From contig NW_026941375.1 of assembly GCF_032062105.1 (NCBI RefSeq), forward strand, positions 62,001 through 126,000: a stretch of 64,000 nucleotides of DNA, in the 5' to 3' direction. The position numbers and the translations under genes are program-made. Positions 12,985-26,240 of this stretch are shown in pieces; positions within the stretch are counted from its first letter, which is position 1, and the number at the start of each line of letters is the position of its first letter. This DNA comes from Saccostrea cucullata. Its lineage: Eukaryota. The notes beneath the pieces were generated by a model. It did no database searches. It had not been told where the DNA came from and saw only the letters and a program-made list of their open reading frames with translations.

Positions 12985-14150
12985 TTAGGGCCCCGCTCGG
13001 CGGGAGCCCTATAGTGATCAGTCCGTCCGAGATCTCTTGTCCGGAGCATATCTTCTCTCTCCTTGGCCCAATCTTGCTCATACTTCACCCACAGAGTGCC
13101 TTTTGGAAACCGGTGTACGGTGCAGTGATTTTGAACCATGTTTCCAGGTCAAAGGTCAAGGTCATAGCAGAATTATATGAAAAAATCCTTGTCCGGATCA
13201 TATCTTCTCCCTCCTTGGCCCAATTTGGCTTTATACTTCACCCAGAGAGTGTCTTTGGGTAACTGGTGTGCAGTGATCTTGAACCATTTTTCTAGGTCAA
13301 AGGTCAAGGTCATAGAGTTATATGAAAAATCCTTGTCCGGATCATATCTTTTCTCTCCTTTGCCCATTCTGGCTCATACTTCACCCACAGAGTGCCTTTG
13401 GAAAACCGGTATGCAGGGATTTCAAACCATGTTTCTAGGTCAAGGTCATAGTAGAATTATATGAAAAATCCTTGTCTGGATCATATCTTCTCTCCCCTTG
13501 GCCCAATCTGGCTCCTACTTCACCCACAGAGTGCCCTTTGGGTAAAGGGTGTGCAGTGACATTAAGCAAAGTTTCAAGGTCAAGGTCAAAATAGCCTTTC
13601 TATTCAAATTCTTGTCTGGAGCATATTTTCATTTTCCATGGCCTAATCTGGCCCATGCTTCACAGAGTACCTTTGGGTATAACCGGTGTACAGTGACCTT
13701 GAACCATGTTTTAAGGTCATCGCAAAATTATATGAAAAATCCTTGTTCGGAGTATATCATCTCTCCCCGTGGTCCAATAAGGCTCATATTTCACTCACAT
13801 AGTGCCTTTGGTCAGTGAATGTGCAGTGACCTTATACAAAATGTCTAGGTCAAGGGTCAAGGAAAAAAATAGCCTCTTTTTTTAAAGTCTTCGTTTGCTG
13901 AATAATGTCTTTCCCTGAAGTCCAATCAGCCTCAGACAAATTGACTGGACATGGAGTATTTGTGATTTCCCTTCCATATTATCATAGAGGATATGCAACA
14001 ATTTTCATAGAAGACACATTTTTAAAAGTTTTTTAATTGAATAATTTTTCAGGGAGTAATACTTTTTGTCCTCTTTAATCTCAAACAGCTTCAAAATAAA
14101 ACCTTAATGTTCATTGCTAAAAGCGGGGCCCTTTGAGATGGCCACCACAA
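12985..14150 (+). mobile_element. HINE-like element with ~140-150-bp tandem units rich in aggtcaaaggtcaaggtca
   Basis: Subterminal inverted repeats agggccccgct / agcggggccct, gtccgtcc tract, about 6 repeats of (at)acttcacccacagagtgcc. Confidence 0.8.
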
Positions 14151-14439
14151 GACAAAAAAAAATCATAATTTGACCTCAATAATTCATTAATTTAACAACG
14201 TTCTCAAAAAAGGTCCTCTCAACAGAACCAATACATTTATGAAACAGCTAAAGATGTAAAATTTAGCAACAACAGACGTCAAATAAATCAAGAAGTGTGT
14301 TTGTCCCCTTTTTAAAAAAAATACACAGTTGCCAAGTGTGGGAACGCAAAGTGCAGGACATGTAAACATATATGTAGAGATCAACGTATAACTTGAACGG
14401 AGGACAACTCATAGTCAACGCAAATATGTTTTTGTTTGC

Positions 14440-16445
14440 TTGAATGCATACTCTTTAACGTCCCTCTTGAAAATTTTTCACTCATAAGAGACGTCACCAA
14501 TTGCCGGTATTGAACTACTAATATACCCGGCATTTGAAGTCATTGAGCAGTGGGGATCTTTTTCGTGTCAGCACCTACTGTGACAATGGACCTCGGTATA
14601 TACGGTCTCATCCGAAGGACCGATCTCCAAGTCTCTCTGTGAGATTCGAACCGTCTTCTAACGATCATGTTAAATTCTCTAAATGTCAATAAATCAGCTG
14701 GCATTGACTTTATTGGGCCGCGTCTTTTGAAAGTCGCATCTAAATATATATGTAAACCTATAACTCATCTTGTTAATGCTAGCATAGTAAGTGGTATTTT
14801 CCCGACAAATTTAAAACAAGCCAAAGTAACACCTATTTTTAAGAAAGGTGACAAAGCTGACCCGAATAATTATCGTCCTATTTCTATTCTACCAACTGTA
14901 TCTAAATTGATAGAAAAACATGTAGCTAAGCTAATACAAAATTTCACTAATGAATTCGATCTTCTAACACAATCCCAGTCGGGATTTAGGGCACTCCATT
15001 CTTGTCAAACTTCCCTTACAAAACTAACAGAAAGTTGGCTTAATGCAATGGATCGTGGTGAACTAATTGGAATTACATTTATAGATTTTAGTAAAGCATT
15101 TGACTTGGTGAATCATGACATTCTTCTAGAGAAATTAACCCATTACAAATTTGACCAAACAGCTATAAAGTGGTTTAAATCATATCTTTACAATAGGACC
15201 CAGTGTGTTAAATTTGGAACATGTGTCTCCAATACTCTATGTACCACAAGGGTCAATTTTAGGTCCACTTTTATTTTTATTGTACATAAACGACCTTCCT
15301 TTACATGTAAACAATTCAAATATTGATATGTTTGCTGATGATGTTACTTTGTACTCTAATAATCATAATGCAAGATGTTTAGAAAATACACTAAATTCAG
15401 ATCTTTGTGAAATTGAGAAATGGTGTGCTCAAAATCAAATGGTATTAAATGTAGATAAAACGAAATGTATGTTAATGGGAACACAACAAAGAAAATCAAA
15501 ACTAGAAAATCCAAATTTAGAACTTTATGCCTCAGACAAAACAATTGAAATGGTTGAAACTGAAAAAATTCTTGGTGTACATATTGATGATAAGTTACAG
15601 TATGCGAATCATATTGATTCGGTCTGTAAAACTTTAAATTATAAGTTATCGTAGGATTAAAAAATTTCTCCCTCTTCATACCAGGAAACTATATTACAAT
15701 GCTTATATTTTACCATCTATTAACTATTGTTTGACTGTTTGGGGTAATGCCCCTAAGAAGGACATGGACAGACTATTTAAATTACAAAAAAGGGCAGCAA
15801 GGATTATTCTTGATGCAAGTCCTGATTCTTCATCTAAACCACTATTTGAGAAACTTGGATGGTTAACTATTTATGAGCTAGTTGATCTGTACAAATACAT
15901 ATTATTATACAAAATTTTCAGCGGAATGACTCCCGAATATCTTCATAATTTATTTGAATTTCATTCTTCAACTTCCTATAACCTGCGATCTGAAACTAAT
16001 TACGATCTTAAATTACCAAAATTTCATACAAACTTATTCAAGACCTCTTTTCAGTACTCAGGTGTACATCTATGGAATAAACTTCCACAATACATTAGAC
16101 TCTCTCAATCTTTACAAGCATTTAAACGTAATGTAGAAAATTACATTATCAGCCGTCGCTCAATTATTTGAGCATATGTTTATGATCGTCATATTTCTGT
16201 ATTGTCATATTTGTGTACATGGACACTGTATTCATAATTTGTGATTGTATTTCCTATTATATATGATGAATTGTATCTTGTATCTTTTTGTAATTGATGT
16301 ATAGAGGGCCCTGGGGAAGAATAGTGCATGCACTAACCAGGTTACCTTCTTTAAATAAAGTTTTATTATTATTATTATTATTATTATTATCAACTCCTGG
16401 CGACTCTGGAGCAGACGCTCTAACCACCGCGCCACGCGGGCGACT
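14440..16445 (-). mobile_element. tRNA-derived SINE split by a LINE (body 14440-14654, head 16389-16445)
   Basis: The body ends at gagattcgaaccg. The head atcaactcc..agcagacgctctaaccaccgcgccacgcgggcgac resumes after the LINE tail, colinear with the intact copy at 62638. Confidence 0.8.
14655..16389 (+). mobile_element. 5'-truncated CR1/L2-group LINE; RT pseudogene with (TTA)n tail
   Basis: ORFs 14667-15326, 15205-15654 and 15731-16171: NYRPISIL, QSGFR, DFSKAFD, VPQGSILGP, FADD; two frameshifts; aataaa followed by (tta)n. Confidence 0.93.
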
Positions 16446-17524
16446 AAAAGCTGATTTTATAAAAAGTTTCAGGACTAAAAGGTCGATTACAGCGCTTTAA
16501 GCTTAAAAAGTTTGCTTGTGTGTATGTTTAAATATATGTACATGTATGTATTAAAAACCTATCGTAATAATACTGAACCAGAAGTCTCTGACGAGACTAT
16601 AGTTCTACTGGTCTATAGTAATAAGTAATAACGCAGGAAGAGAAACTTTAAACTTTACAAAAGCAATAAATTTAAAATAAATGATGATTGGTTTAGTCAT
16701 TTTCTTGGCAATACAGAGAAAAGTCCAAACCTCCCCAAATTCCCACACCCAACGAAATAGGATTTTCAGGTTTTTGACAATGCTCAAATTTTTTTCTCTC
16801 CTTGTCCATTTTTTTTTTTTCAGGTTCGAATTTTTATCTCTTTGAATTAACTCCCCCCTTTCAAAATTGCTTCCGAAGCCAATGATATGCACGAGGTTTG
16901 ATGGGAGAGACATGTTTGGAATGGAATAGGCAGCAGAGGCAGAAAAAACGAAAGAGCTGAATGTGATTATGCCACAAATAAGGAAAGTAACACTGGGAGA
17001 CATTACCGCACTGATCACAATGAAATAGTTTCGGTCGCAGCTGGTGCGGTCTAGAGCACATCACAGAATTGTCCTGCTGACAGTGTGCCAGAGGAAACCG
17101 ACAAGACAAGAACCAGTCTGTACTCCACTATTGATCGAAAACCAAACCAAGTCAGGACCAATTAACACCACTTGCTCCATCGCTATTCAGACATCCGATG
17201 ACTACATCAAATAAGACATTCTTTTATTCAGTTGGATGTGCCTCACGAATCATTGTCATGACTATCTATATTTTGGGAATATTCTTTTAATTTCAGTTTC
17301 TTCAAAATGGCATCTTGCAGTTGAAAATACAACAGATGTCTGCGAAGGGAAAACGGAAATTCGCGTTTTTAATTCAAGTATTAAATTTTAATAAAAAATC
17401 CAAATACCAAGTGAAAATCTTACAAAAACTACTTCAACCAAAGCCGAAAATTAGAGGCGTTAAGGTTCCTTACAACCTCAAGAGCTTCAGAGAGTATGTC
17501 TTCTTACATATCGAACCAAGGTTC

Positions 17525-17622
17525 TAGAAAATGGAAACGACATTGTTATCCGTTTTCGTCGGTCGTCGTGCGTTATGCGTTATCATTTGAACATTTTCAG
17601 CTTCTTCTCTGCAACCACTCAA

Positions 17623-17654
<32 letters not shown>

Positions 17655-19957
17655 ATAGGTCAAGGGAAACAAAAAATTGTGAATTTCATGGTCCCTGCTC
17701 CCCTGGGGCCTGAGGGGTGGGGTCAAAACCACTAAAATTAATGAAATCTTTAAAAATCTTCTTTACTCCTGGACATCAGGCAGTCAAACTGTTGGTATGA
17801 TTGTAATCAGCATTGAGTTCTCTACCAAAATTGTGAATCTCATGGCGCCTGGGTCAGGGGGTCCTTGTGCCAGTACGGGGCTAGATTATAGAATGAAAAT
17901 GCTTAAATTCTTTGAATTTTTTTTCTCTGCTTCTGGGCATTTAATAAACAAACCAAGTACATAGTTATATTAAATGAGGCTGCCTCTTCCAAAATTGTGA
18001 ATTTCATGGAAAGGGTCAGGGGCTGGTGTTAAATTATTGATTAATTAGAGAAATTTCATAAATTCTTTGAAAATTTTCTTCTCTGCTCCTTGGTAATAAA
18101 TAAACTAACCAAGTGCAAAGTTATGTTGAATGAGGCTGTCTTCCAAAATTGTGAATTTCATGGCCCCAGGGTCAGGGGTTCTGGTAATAGGGCGGGGATC
18201 TATTTATTAATTAGAGAAATTTCATAAATTCTTTGAAAATTTTCTTCTCTGCTCCTTTGTATTAAATAAACTAACAAAGTGCAAAGTTATTTTGAATGAG
18301 ACTGCCTCTTCGATAATTGTGAATTATGTGGCCCCTGGGTCAGGAGTTCTGGTGTTAGGGCGGGGCTCTTTTGATTCTACAGTGATAATACATTAACTCT
18401 TTAAAAATATTCTTCTCTGCTCCTGAGCATTAAGTAAACTAACCAAGTACATAGTTATGTTGAATACGACTGCCTCTTCCCAATTAGAGAATTTCAGGGC
18501 CCCTTGGTCAGGGCTTCTGGTGTTGGGGCTGGGCTCTATTGATTATGTAGTGATATGCATGAATTCTTTGAACAACTTTTCCCTTGCTACCGGTTAATAT
18601 GCAAATGATCTAATTACATATTTAAGGCCATCATTTTTTTTTTATTTTTAGGTTTACAAACCCGCCGCTCAAGTTTTTGAATTTTCAGAGAAAAAAAAAT
18701 AAAATTGAGAAAACACAGATTTTTTTCTTTCCGAAGTCAAATTTGAGTCGGGATCGAGATTTCAAAGTTACGAATTCGTACTTCCGGTTTTAAGATGAAC
18801 ATGGCGGGTAAATGAAGATAGATCCGCAAAGTTTATAGCAGCACCGTAACTTGGTTTAGTGAAAAATTTTATCGATAAGAGTGCCTTTCAAAACGTTTCA
18901 CCCGTTCGGAGGACAAAAAATGCTGACGGCCTTGTTGTACAATGACATGCTGGTAAAATTATTATGTTTTCAAAATCAAAAGTATCTGTAAATCAAAATT
19001 ATTTTCCTTTCACAGGTTTAAAACTGCCCGTGGTAGCTATTGCAAGCGACATTGTTTGGGTCTCTGTTAAAGCTCACAGTCTAAGCATCATTCTTCAGAA
19101 AAGGGTCGCTTATGCATCAGATGTAATGAATAAAACTATGGGAGAAGTTAAGTCCATTAGCAATTGAGGATGAAATAAACAAAAGCCTGAATTATGAAGA
19201 AATAAAAAAAAATAAACTATTAAAAAGCAAGTATATACAAATATATACAGGCATGTAGTATCATTTGTGGCAGCCAGAAAAAATTATTTTACACTTAATT
19301 CACCTTTCTCCCCAATATTCCCTGCCTGTTTTATGATAGGAATTATAATTTAGGTATCAAGTATATTTTAGAACAATGTCTACACATTCACCTAACACAT
19401 TTTAAAAAATGAAGATATACTGAAAGAGTTTTAACGAATTGATTTTTAAAAATCTATTTCGATCAACATCGTAAAATTTATATCATCGGCCCAAACTGGC
19501 AGATGATGAAATAAACAATTGAATGTTCTACTTTCCTATTTGTAACCATTATGAGTCCAGTGGCAAGAAGCCTGTTAGGAGAGCATGAAAAAGAAGAAAA
19601 AATGAATGAACAAAGTTGATAATTTATCCCCCCCCCCCATTTTTTTTAGTTTCCTCCTCCCACGAAACTTTTTCATTCGATATTCGTGACTAAATCTAAA
19701 AATAAAAAATCCTGGCCTTTTACTGAAAAAAGGTGTCTCTTTCAAAATGATTAATTTCAGGGCCCTTGGGTCAGGGGTACTGGGGTGGGAGTTACTTTGT
19801 CTAAAAATAAATGAATGCTTTGAAATCTGCTCTTTGATAAGCAGTCTATCAAAAGTGTGGATTTGATGGCTTTTTGATTAAAACACGAACCGAATTTAAT
19901 TGCTGGAAAGTGTTACATGATACTCAGGTGACCTATCAGGCCCATGGGCCTCTTGTT
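17525..19957 (+). mobile_element. HINE-like element (~168-bp array), interrupted by a MITE
   Basis: Colinear with 55081-56514; ends tactcaggtgacctatcaggcccatgggcctcttgtt. Confidence 0.85.
18626..19717. mobile_element. Non-autonomous TIR element, Kolobok-like (GG...CC ends)
   Basis: ttaa|ggcca..ttttatttttaggttta on the left; taaatctaaaaataaaaaatcctggcc on the right; the HINE sequence resumes across it; right TSD is degenerate. Confidence 0.65.
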
Positions 19958-20024
19958 TTTCTATCACTTCGTGGTAAAGGACTATGTAATATCAGTAAGG
20001 AAAACTATACGGATACTATCCGAC

Positions 20025-20310
20025 TTATTGTTTCCCGCTTGAAAAGTGGGGGGTATTAATTTGGGTCTGTACGTCCGTCCGTCCGTCTTTCTGTCTGTAA
20101 CGCTTTCGTTTCCACACGATATCTCGCGAACCCTTTGAACTTTTGCAATGAAATTTTGCATAGCAACTCCCTATGGACTAAAGAAGACCCCTATTGATTT
20201 TGAGGTCACAAGGTCAAAGGTCAAGGTCATAAATTTGCAAATTCTGTCTGTTATAACACTTTCGTTTCCGCGCGATATCTCGAGAACCCTTTGCGCTTTT
20301 GCAATGAAAT
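20025..20310 (+). mobile_element. HINE-like 5' fragment
   Basis: cccgcttgaaaagtggggg hairpin, (gtcc)n tract and about 1.3 satellite units; its 5' end is shared with 53394. Confidence 0.7.
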
Positions 20311-22385
20311 TTTTGATCACATCCAGACTGTTCGACGTAATTTTGTGTAAACGAATATTTCCCTCTTTCTGAAGAGTTGTCTGAGTGCAAGTCAATAGGT
20401 TCACAGCTTCATCACTGCTATCAAACGACATTAAGCCGTCTTCCACATAAAAATTTCCATTAACAAATCTCTTCACATCTTTCTCTGCATCACTTACACA
20501 TTTTCGAAGTCCATAGGTTGTCACAGCAGGCGACGGGCTGTTTCCAATCACATGTCTGGTCATTCTGTATTCAGTCATTCTTGGCTTGGGTCATTGTCTT
20601 TATACCACATGAATCTTACATAATCCCTGTGTTTTTCCGGAACAGAAAAGCGATAGAACATTTGTTCTATGTCCATAGTTATTGCAACAGGATGTTGCCG
20701 AAATGTTAGTAGTGTGTCTAAGAGTGAGTTCACAAGATCTGGTTCTGTTGGTAACACATCGTTTAGACTGATCCCTTCGTATTTAGCTGAAGAGTCAAAG
20801 ACACAACGCACACTTCCCGGCTTCTTAGGGTGATACACAGCGAATAAACGCAGGTACCAGCATTCGGTATTTGGGTCCAGTTCTTGAGCCGGTTCCGCAT
20901 GCAAGTTTTCTAATATTTTCTTCATGAAGCCAATAACATGATCCATCTTTTCAGGATTTTTTCTTAAATTCATGTCCAGTGAATGGGCTCTTCTAAGGGT
21001 CTGAGGCTTGTTATTTGGTAGATGCTGACGATTCCTTCGGAAAGGAAGGGGCGCTGTCCATGATCCATCAGGACCTTTGTACATTTCTGTGTCCATGAGA
21101 TTCAAGAATTTTTTATCTTCTATTGAAAGTCCAGGAATGTTATCTTCTTTTGTCCTTAAGAAAACACAACTATCCTCAACATGAATGTTGTTATAGCATG
21201 GCTCAAGAAGAGTAGTTCTACCATCCTTCAAGGTGAAGGTCTTTATAACTGAGATAGCGTCTTGCTGATAAGCTGTGCCGAGACGCACATTTCCAATGAT
21301 GACCCAGCCCAACCGTAACGTTTGTGCGAAAGGCGCATGTATAGGTCCTAAACATTGTTCCAAGACATGATGAGCCGGTAGTAAATCCCTTCCAATAAGT
21401 AGTAATATCTCAGCATTTTCCTGGATAGGAGGAATGAACTTAGCAATGTCTTTCAAATGACTAAATTGTTCTGCCACTAACGGAGATGGTATCTCGTCCC
21501 GAATGTTCGGTATTTGATCACACTCTATGAGCATGGACAGATCCATCTTACAGCTTGAATCAAAAGATTCTATGTAAAGTCTGAACATCGTCTACCGAAC
21601 TCTGTCGTGTTCCCATTGCAAGATGATAACGATTATGGTATCTCGGGTCCTGAGATAGCGAAGAGGTCAAAGAATGCTGACCTTACTAGAAAGCGGTTGC
21701 TCTGTTCATCTACAATGGCGTATGTAAGAACAGCTTTTTCTGGAAATTCTGTGGGATATACTTTCACTAATACAGTCTTAGCACAAGACCTGCTTGCACC
21801 TGTTCTTCCACAAACCATGGAGCAGGCTGATGTCACTTCTTCTGTAATAGTCTTAGCAGGATAGTTCTTGTTACAGTCTTGATCACTGTTAGTTGGCTTG
21901 TCTATATGTAAAGCCGTTGGGTGATTGGTTGCCTTACACACACTACACATCACAGTTGAGCGACAGTCCTTAGCTAGGTGACTCCTCTGACCACAGCACT
22001 TGAAACAAAGTCCTCTACTTCTTAAGAAATCTAGTCGATCCTGTAACGATTTCTCACGAAACTGGTGACAATTGTTTAAACTGTGGTTTGTTTTATGCAA
22101 GGGACATATGTCACGGCCGATGTCTTGGTTTCTGACACAGAGTTCGAGACTGGCACATCCTTCTTTTTGACAAAGACGGACTGAAATGAAGTTTGAGGTT
22201 TCGGTTTACATGGTCTTGTGTCTTCGTAAGCGAAGGACGGGTTATTTTTCACTCTTGCCATCTTTTCCAGAAATTGTGCAAAAATGTGGAATGGTGGAAA
22301 GGCCAGGTTATGTTGCTCTTTGTATCTGCTTGCCTCATTGGTCCACTTTTCCTGTAACTGATAAGGAAGTTTATTGACAATTAAG
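20300..22385 (-). mobile_element. BEL/Pao LTR retrotransposon internal fragment (gag zinc knuckles, protease, partial RT), frameshifted
   Basis: CFKCCGQRSHLAKDC and CSVCKATNHPTALH knuckles; AIVDEQSN protease; LLIGRD, RCVFDSSA, SLND, DIEQMFY, GNSPSPA and FYVEDGL motifs. No LTRs seen. Confidence 0.92.
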
Positions 22386-23913
22386 TTGTCAATTATACCG
22401 AACTTTTCATTAAATAAAAAAATACGTATAACTGCCTGACGTCACGGCGTCAGGCAGTAAAAGGATTGATATTTCCAAGATCCGAAACTGTGCGACCATA
22501 TCTAAAGAGCTAGAATTTGTGCAAGCTGATTTACATTGGAATTTTTTACTTGCATTTTAAAAGAAACAGTTTTCAGGAAAAAAAAAGATATTACTGATGC
22601 AAAATACTGCATTGTTTACTTCCTTTACTCTTTATGCACGGAACAGATTATTCCATGTGATTCGCCGTTTCAACGTGTCCGTGTCTCCTTTTTTCTGCAT
22701 TTCTATACTACTGGATCAGTCCATTTATATTCTACGAAAGGGGTGAATAGTTTTCTTCGCGCCAAATGTCACTAGTAAGCTATCTTCGCGCCTTTCCTTG
22801 GATTGTTCTATTGTATGAATGGGTGCCTTCCAGGGAATTAAATAAAGTTTGTCCTTTTAACTTCCTTCTAATGCTTCAGAAATTCTATCTACAAGTTTTA
22901 TATCATTCTTTAAAACAATATATCGTATACATCAGTATATGGACATGTAACACTTAAAAATGATGTTTCTAATTTGTTTCCCGATCCCGCGGTTGGTTTA
23001 TTCCACAAATGGACTAGTCCAATAATAATAAACAATGCAGTTCAAGCCATCGTCTCGAGATGCATGACCTTTTATATGTCTTTGTTCAGATGCACACAAT
23101 ATATAAAAAAGCAGAGCCTAAATATTGAAATTACTTATTTCATTCTCAATATATAATAGTGTCAACACCCCTTTTTTTAAGAAAAAAAATAATGAACACA
23201 CATTACTACTGTTTACTTCAGAGGAGGAAATACACTCCAACAAAATGTGTTTTAATCATACCCATCCTTTAAAATGTTCACAATGCGTGATATGATAACA
23301 GATTTTATAATATATAGGTGTTACAGTTTAGCTTGAAATCAATTTAGATCTAAGGGCAGATCACTCCACTTGCAGACACCCCCCCCATTACAAAGTTCTT
23401 AGTATGCAGTGTAAAGATGATTCCTCTACAAGTTAAGTAAAATCAAGATTTCAATTACATGAGGTTCTCAAAATATAAAGTAAGGATATTTTTTAAACCC
23501 ACAAAAGTATTGCTCAAAAGGTTTATCACTCTTCATGCAGATAAATTGATTCATTTAGTCAGGCAAGCTTTTTAAAAAGCTGTTTCTTGTAATAACATTA
23601 TTATTATAGGTATTGCGTATCTTTTTTATTTACCGAAAATTTCGGCAAAATTGATAGGCACGGGAACTCCTGTGGACAGACAAAAACGGATTTTATTACT
23701 GATTTATTGTACGCTGAGTTTACTCAGGTGACCTAAAACAAATGAGTCTGACAAATTAATTTAAGTCTTTGAAGATGCAGACTTTATATATATCAGATAA
23801 AATTTCATTTCGGAACGAATCCAAATCATCATAAACGAGCACCAAGGAGGAATAACATCATTAGAAGATCATATACTGCATATGCATCTAGAGCAGACGA
23901 TCGAATCACTGCG

Positions 23914-24180
23914 ATCGTCTGCGTGGCGCAGTGATTAGAGCGTCTGCTCTAGATTCGCGAAGTACGGTGTTGATCCTTACAGCGCGGCAGTGGGACGTTG
24001 AGGCGGTTCTTCGGATGATAAAGTAAAGTCCCGTGTAGCAGTAGTTGCTGGCACGAAAAAGTCCCCTCAATGCTCAATGACCCAAGTGCCGAGTATAGGA
24101 CAAATGTTGCAGCTCTCCACCTGCAGGTAGTGGCGTCTCCATCAGTAAGGAATAGTAAACAACATACAATAATCAATCTA
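23914..24180 (+). mobile_element. tRNA-derived SINE flanked by antisense pieces of a SINE head
   Basis: A-box tggcgcagtgattagagc, family body and caat tail; actgcg at 23908-23913 and 24181-24186. Confidence 0.8.
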
Positions 24181-25789
24181 ACTGCGCCACGCAGGCGACG
24201 ATACAATCTTGATGTTATTTGGAAAAATGTTTGGAAAGTGAAAAAAGTTTCTATATTGGGGCACAATTCATATATTTTGGCATATGTCATTTATGGGATA
24301 GCGGTTTTAAGGATGACGTTTACTCAAGCTTCAGAAAACAGAAAGTATATGTTGAATCAAATATTGTTCTAAATGGATAAAATAAGCAAATTTTAAATCA
24401 AAATCAATTTCAAAAATTAATATTTTATTATTTAAAGAAAATATACAGGAACAAAAGTCAATGTATGGTAATGCAGAGGAAATTCGAACTTAATTTTTGT
24501 CAAAAAATTTATTTCTTGCCATATTAATCACAAAATAAAGGTTTCACATTTTATTAAAAACCATTTTGCAAATATCATATGTGTTTAAGCTCATAAATTA
24601 TTTCAAATAATTGAATACTGTGAAGTAAAGAAATTCAATAAACTGTACAAAAACCATTCCAGACAACATATCTCAATAATTTGATCATTGACCCCATATA
24701 ATATTAATACCACCAGAATTAGGGCAACAAAAGTAATCTGAGGCTATAAATAATTTAGAGTTCTTATCAGTCCGATTTTTTTAATATTCGATTAAAAATG
24801 GGGAACATTTTTTGGGGACAGAAGAAATTCGGACTGTAATAATTATCACATTTATAGCCCAAACTCCAATCATTTCTTTATATGAAGCAACGCTGTTCAA
24901 TTGCTATAATATTTCATTATTTAAAGAGTTTAGTTGCTCGTAATATTTTGTGTGTGAAGAAAAAATTGGTCATAGTGTGAAAAATTGAGGTATTTCCCGG
25001 AAAATACTCAGAGGCCATTAGCATGAAAATTAGGACATTGACCTAGTTATTTGAAATTGAAATTTAACACAAAAATTATAGGTGTACAATGTGCAACAGG
25101 TGGTTTTTCGTTCTTATCAGTGGAATTTTTGGTCATCTGAGTAAAGGTATACCTTAATATCGCATTTAGGATCATTTTGTTTAATTTCTTGTTTTGCATC
25201 AGAAATTCCTTCCTCTAAGTGATATTTTTTTGGCAGGGTGCGTTGCTTTCACATACAATTAATCTTACAAGATCTTGTTCACACATAATTTTTGGAGTAA
25301 AGCACTGTCCCTGCGTTTTATCAAGTAGCAACTCCCCTGTACTTGGAGCCGGTCTTAAAAAGCTGCAGCGAATCCTTCTGAGTTTTATGTTTCTTATTAC
25401 AGAAAATAGTTCATCCAGTGGTATTCTTCAAAGCCGTTTTCAGGCGTTATAACAATGATAAAGATATTTTTAAGGATCACATTTTCATTTACTTGAAAAT
25501 TTCTAATCAATTTACATTACAAGTTTTGATTTAGTCTTCAATAACCACCTGACACCAGAAGAGTCTTTGATTTTCCTTGCCTGAGGCCTTCCGAAGTCCA
25601 AGCAAAAATGCCAGACACTCACTGTCGAATCGACTAGAACTTGGCAACAACCTGTAAAACAACATTCAAAGATGCAAGGTTTTTCTAAATCGAAAATAAT
25701 TACAGACTATGTTTTATTCTGATGTTTGTTGCATTGCTATTAATTCTCAAAACAGAAGTGAGCACTCTGAGACTCTCCGGAAGAAGATA

Positions 25790-26240
25790 TAGAGGATGTT
25801 GAGGAGATCAAGTGTCAGCTCCCAAACTAAGAAGTTAGTTAATAAAAGTAGAAAAAGCAGCTCATGACACACTTTGGCTAGAGAAATATATGAAGTAAAA
25901 GACCCGAAAGAGGAAATATGGCGTTGTTTCAAGTTGGAAATAGAAGAATCCTCAAATTACGTACTTAACAAAGAGGCGTTTTGGTTACGTAACACTTACG
26001 AGGATTTACTAACTTTCAGATGTGAACATGTACAAGAAATGCTTGATCACAATCCTCTTTTATTAGAAATGTTGCACGCGGTGTCTTCCTAGGAAGTCAA
26101 TGTATGAGCAACATTTTGATTAGATCTATCCATAGATCGGAACTACCTATGAATACTCAAGAAGAAGAGGTACATGGACCTTTCCCGTGTACAAAGGGTG
26201 ATTTCCATGACATTGACAGAAGAGAAGATTCATTGAAAGG
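25790..26240 (+). pseudogene. Degenerate exon resembling the N-terminal region of DUF6589/Academ-type transposases
   Basis: LRNTYEDLLTF..EMLDHNPLLLEMLHAV and ILKKKRYMDLSRVQRVISMTL, with stops, ending at a possible donor aaag|gtat. Resemblance is from recall only. Confidence 0.4.

Noticed and set aside
16700-17520. ORF-like, GC-richer segment
   Set aside because: Stops in the plausible frame and no recognisable motif; probably a DNA transposon fragment but not assignable.
24600-25300. Left AcademH terminus matching 56765
   Set aside because: Searched by eye for caatctgattaaaatcagat and the gtattggac TSD; neither was found here or elsewhere in the window.
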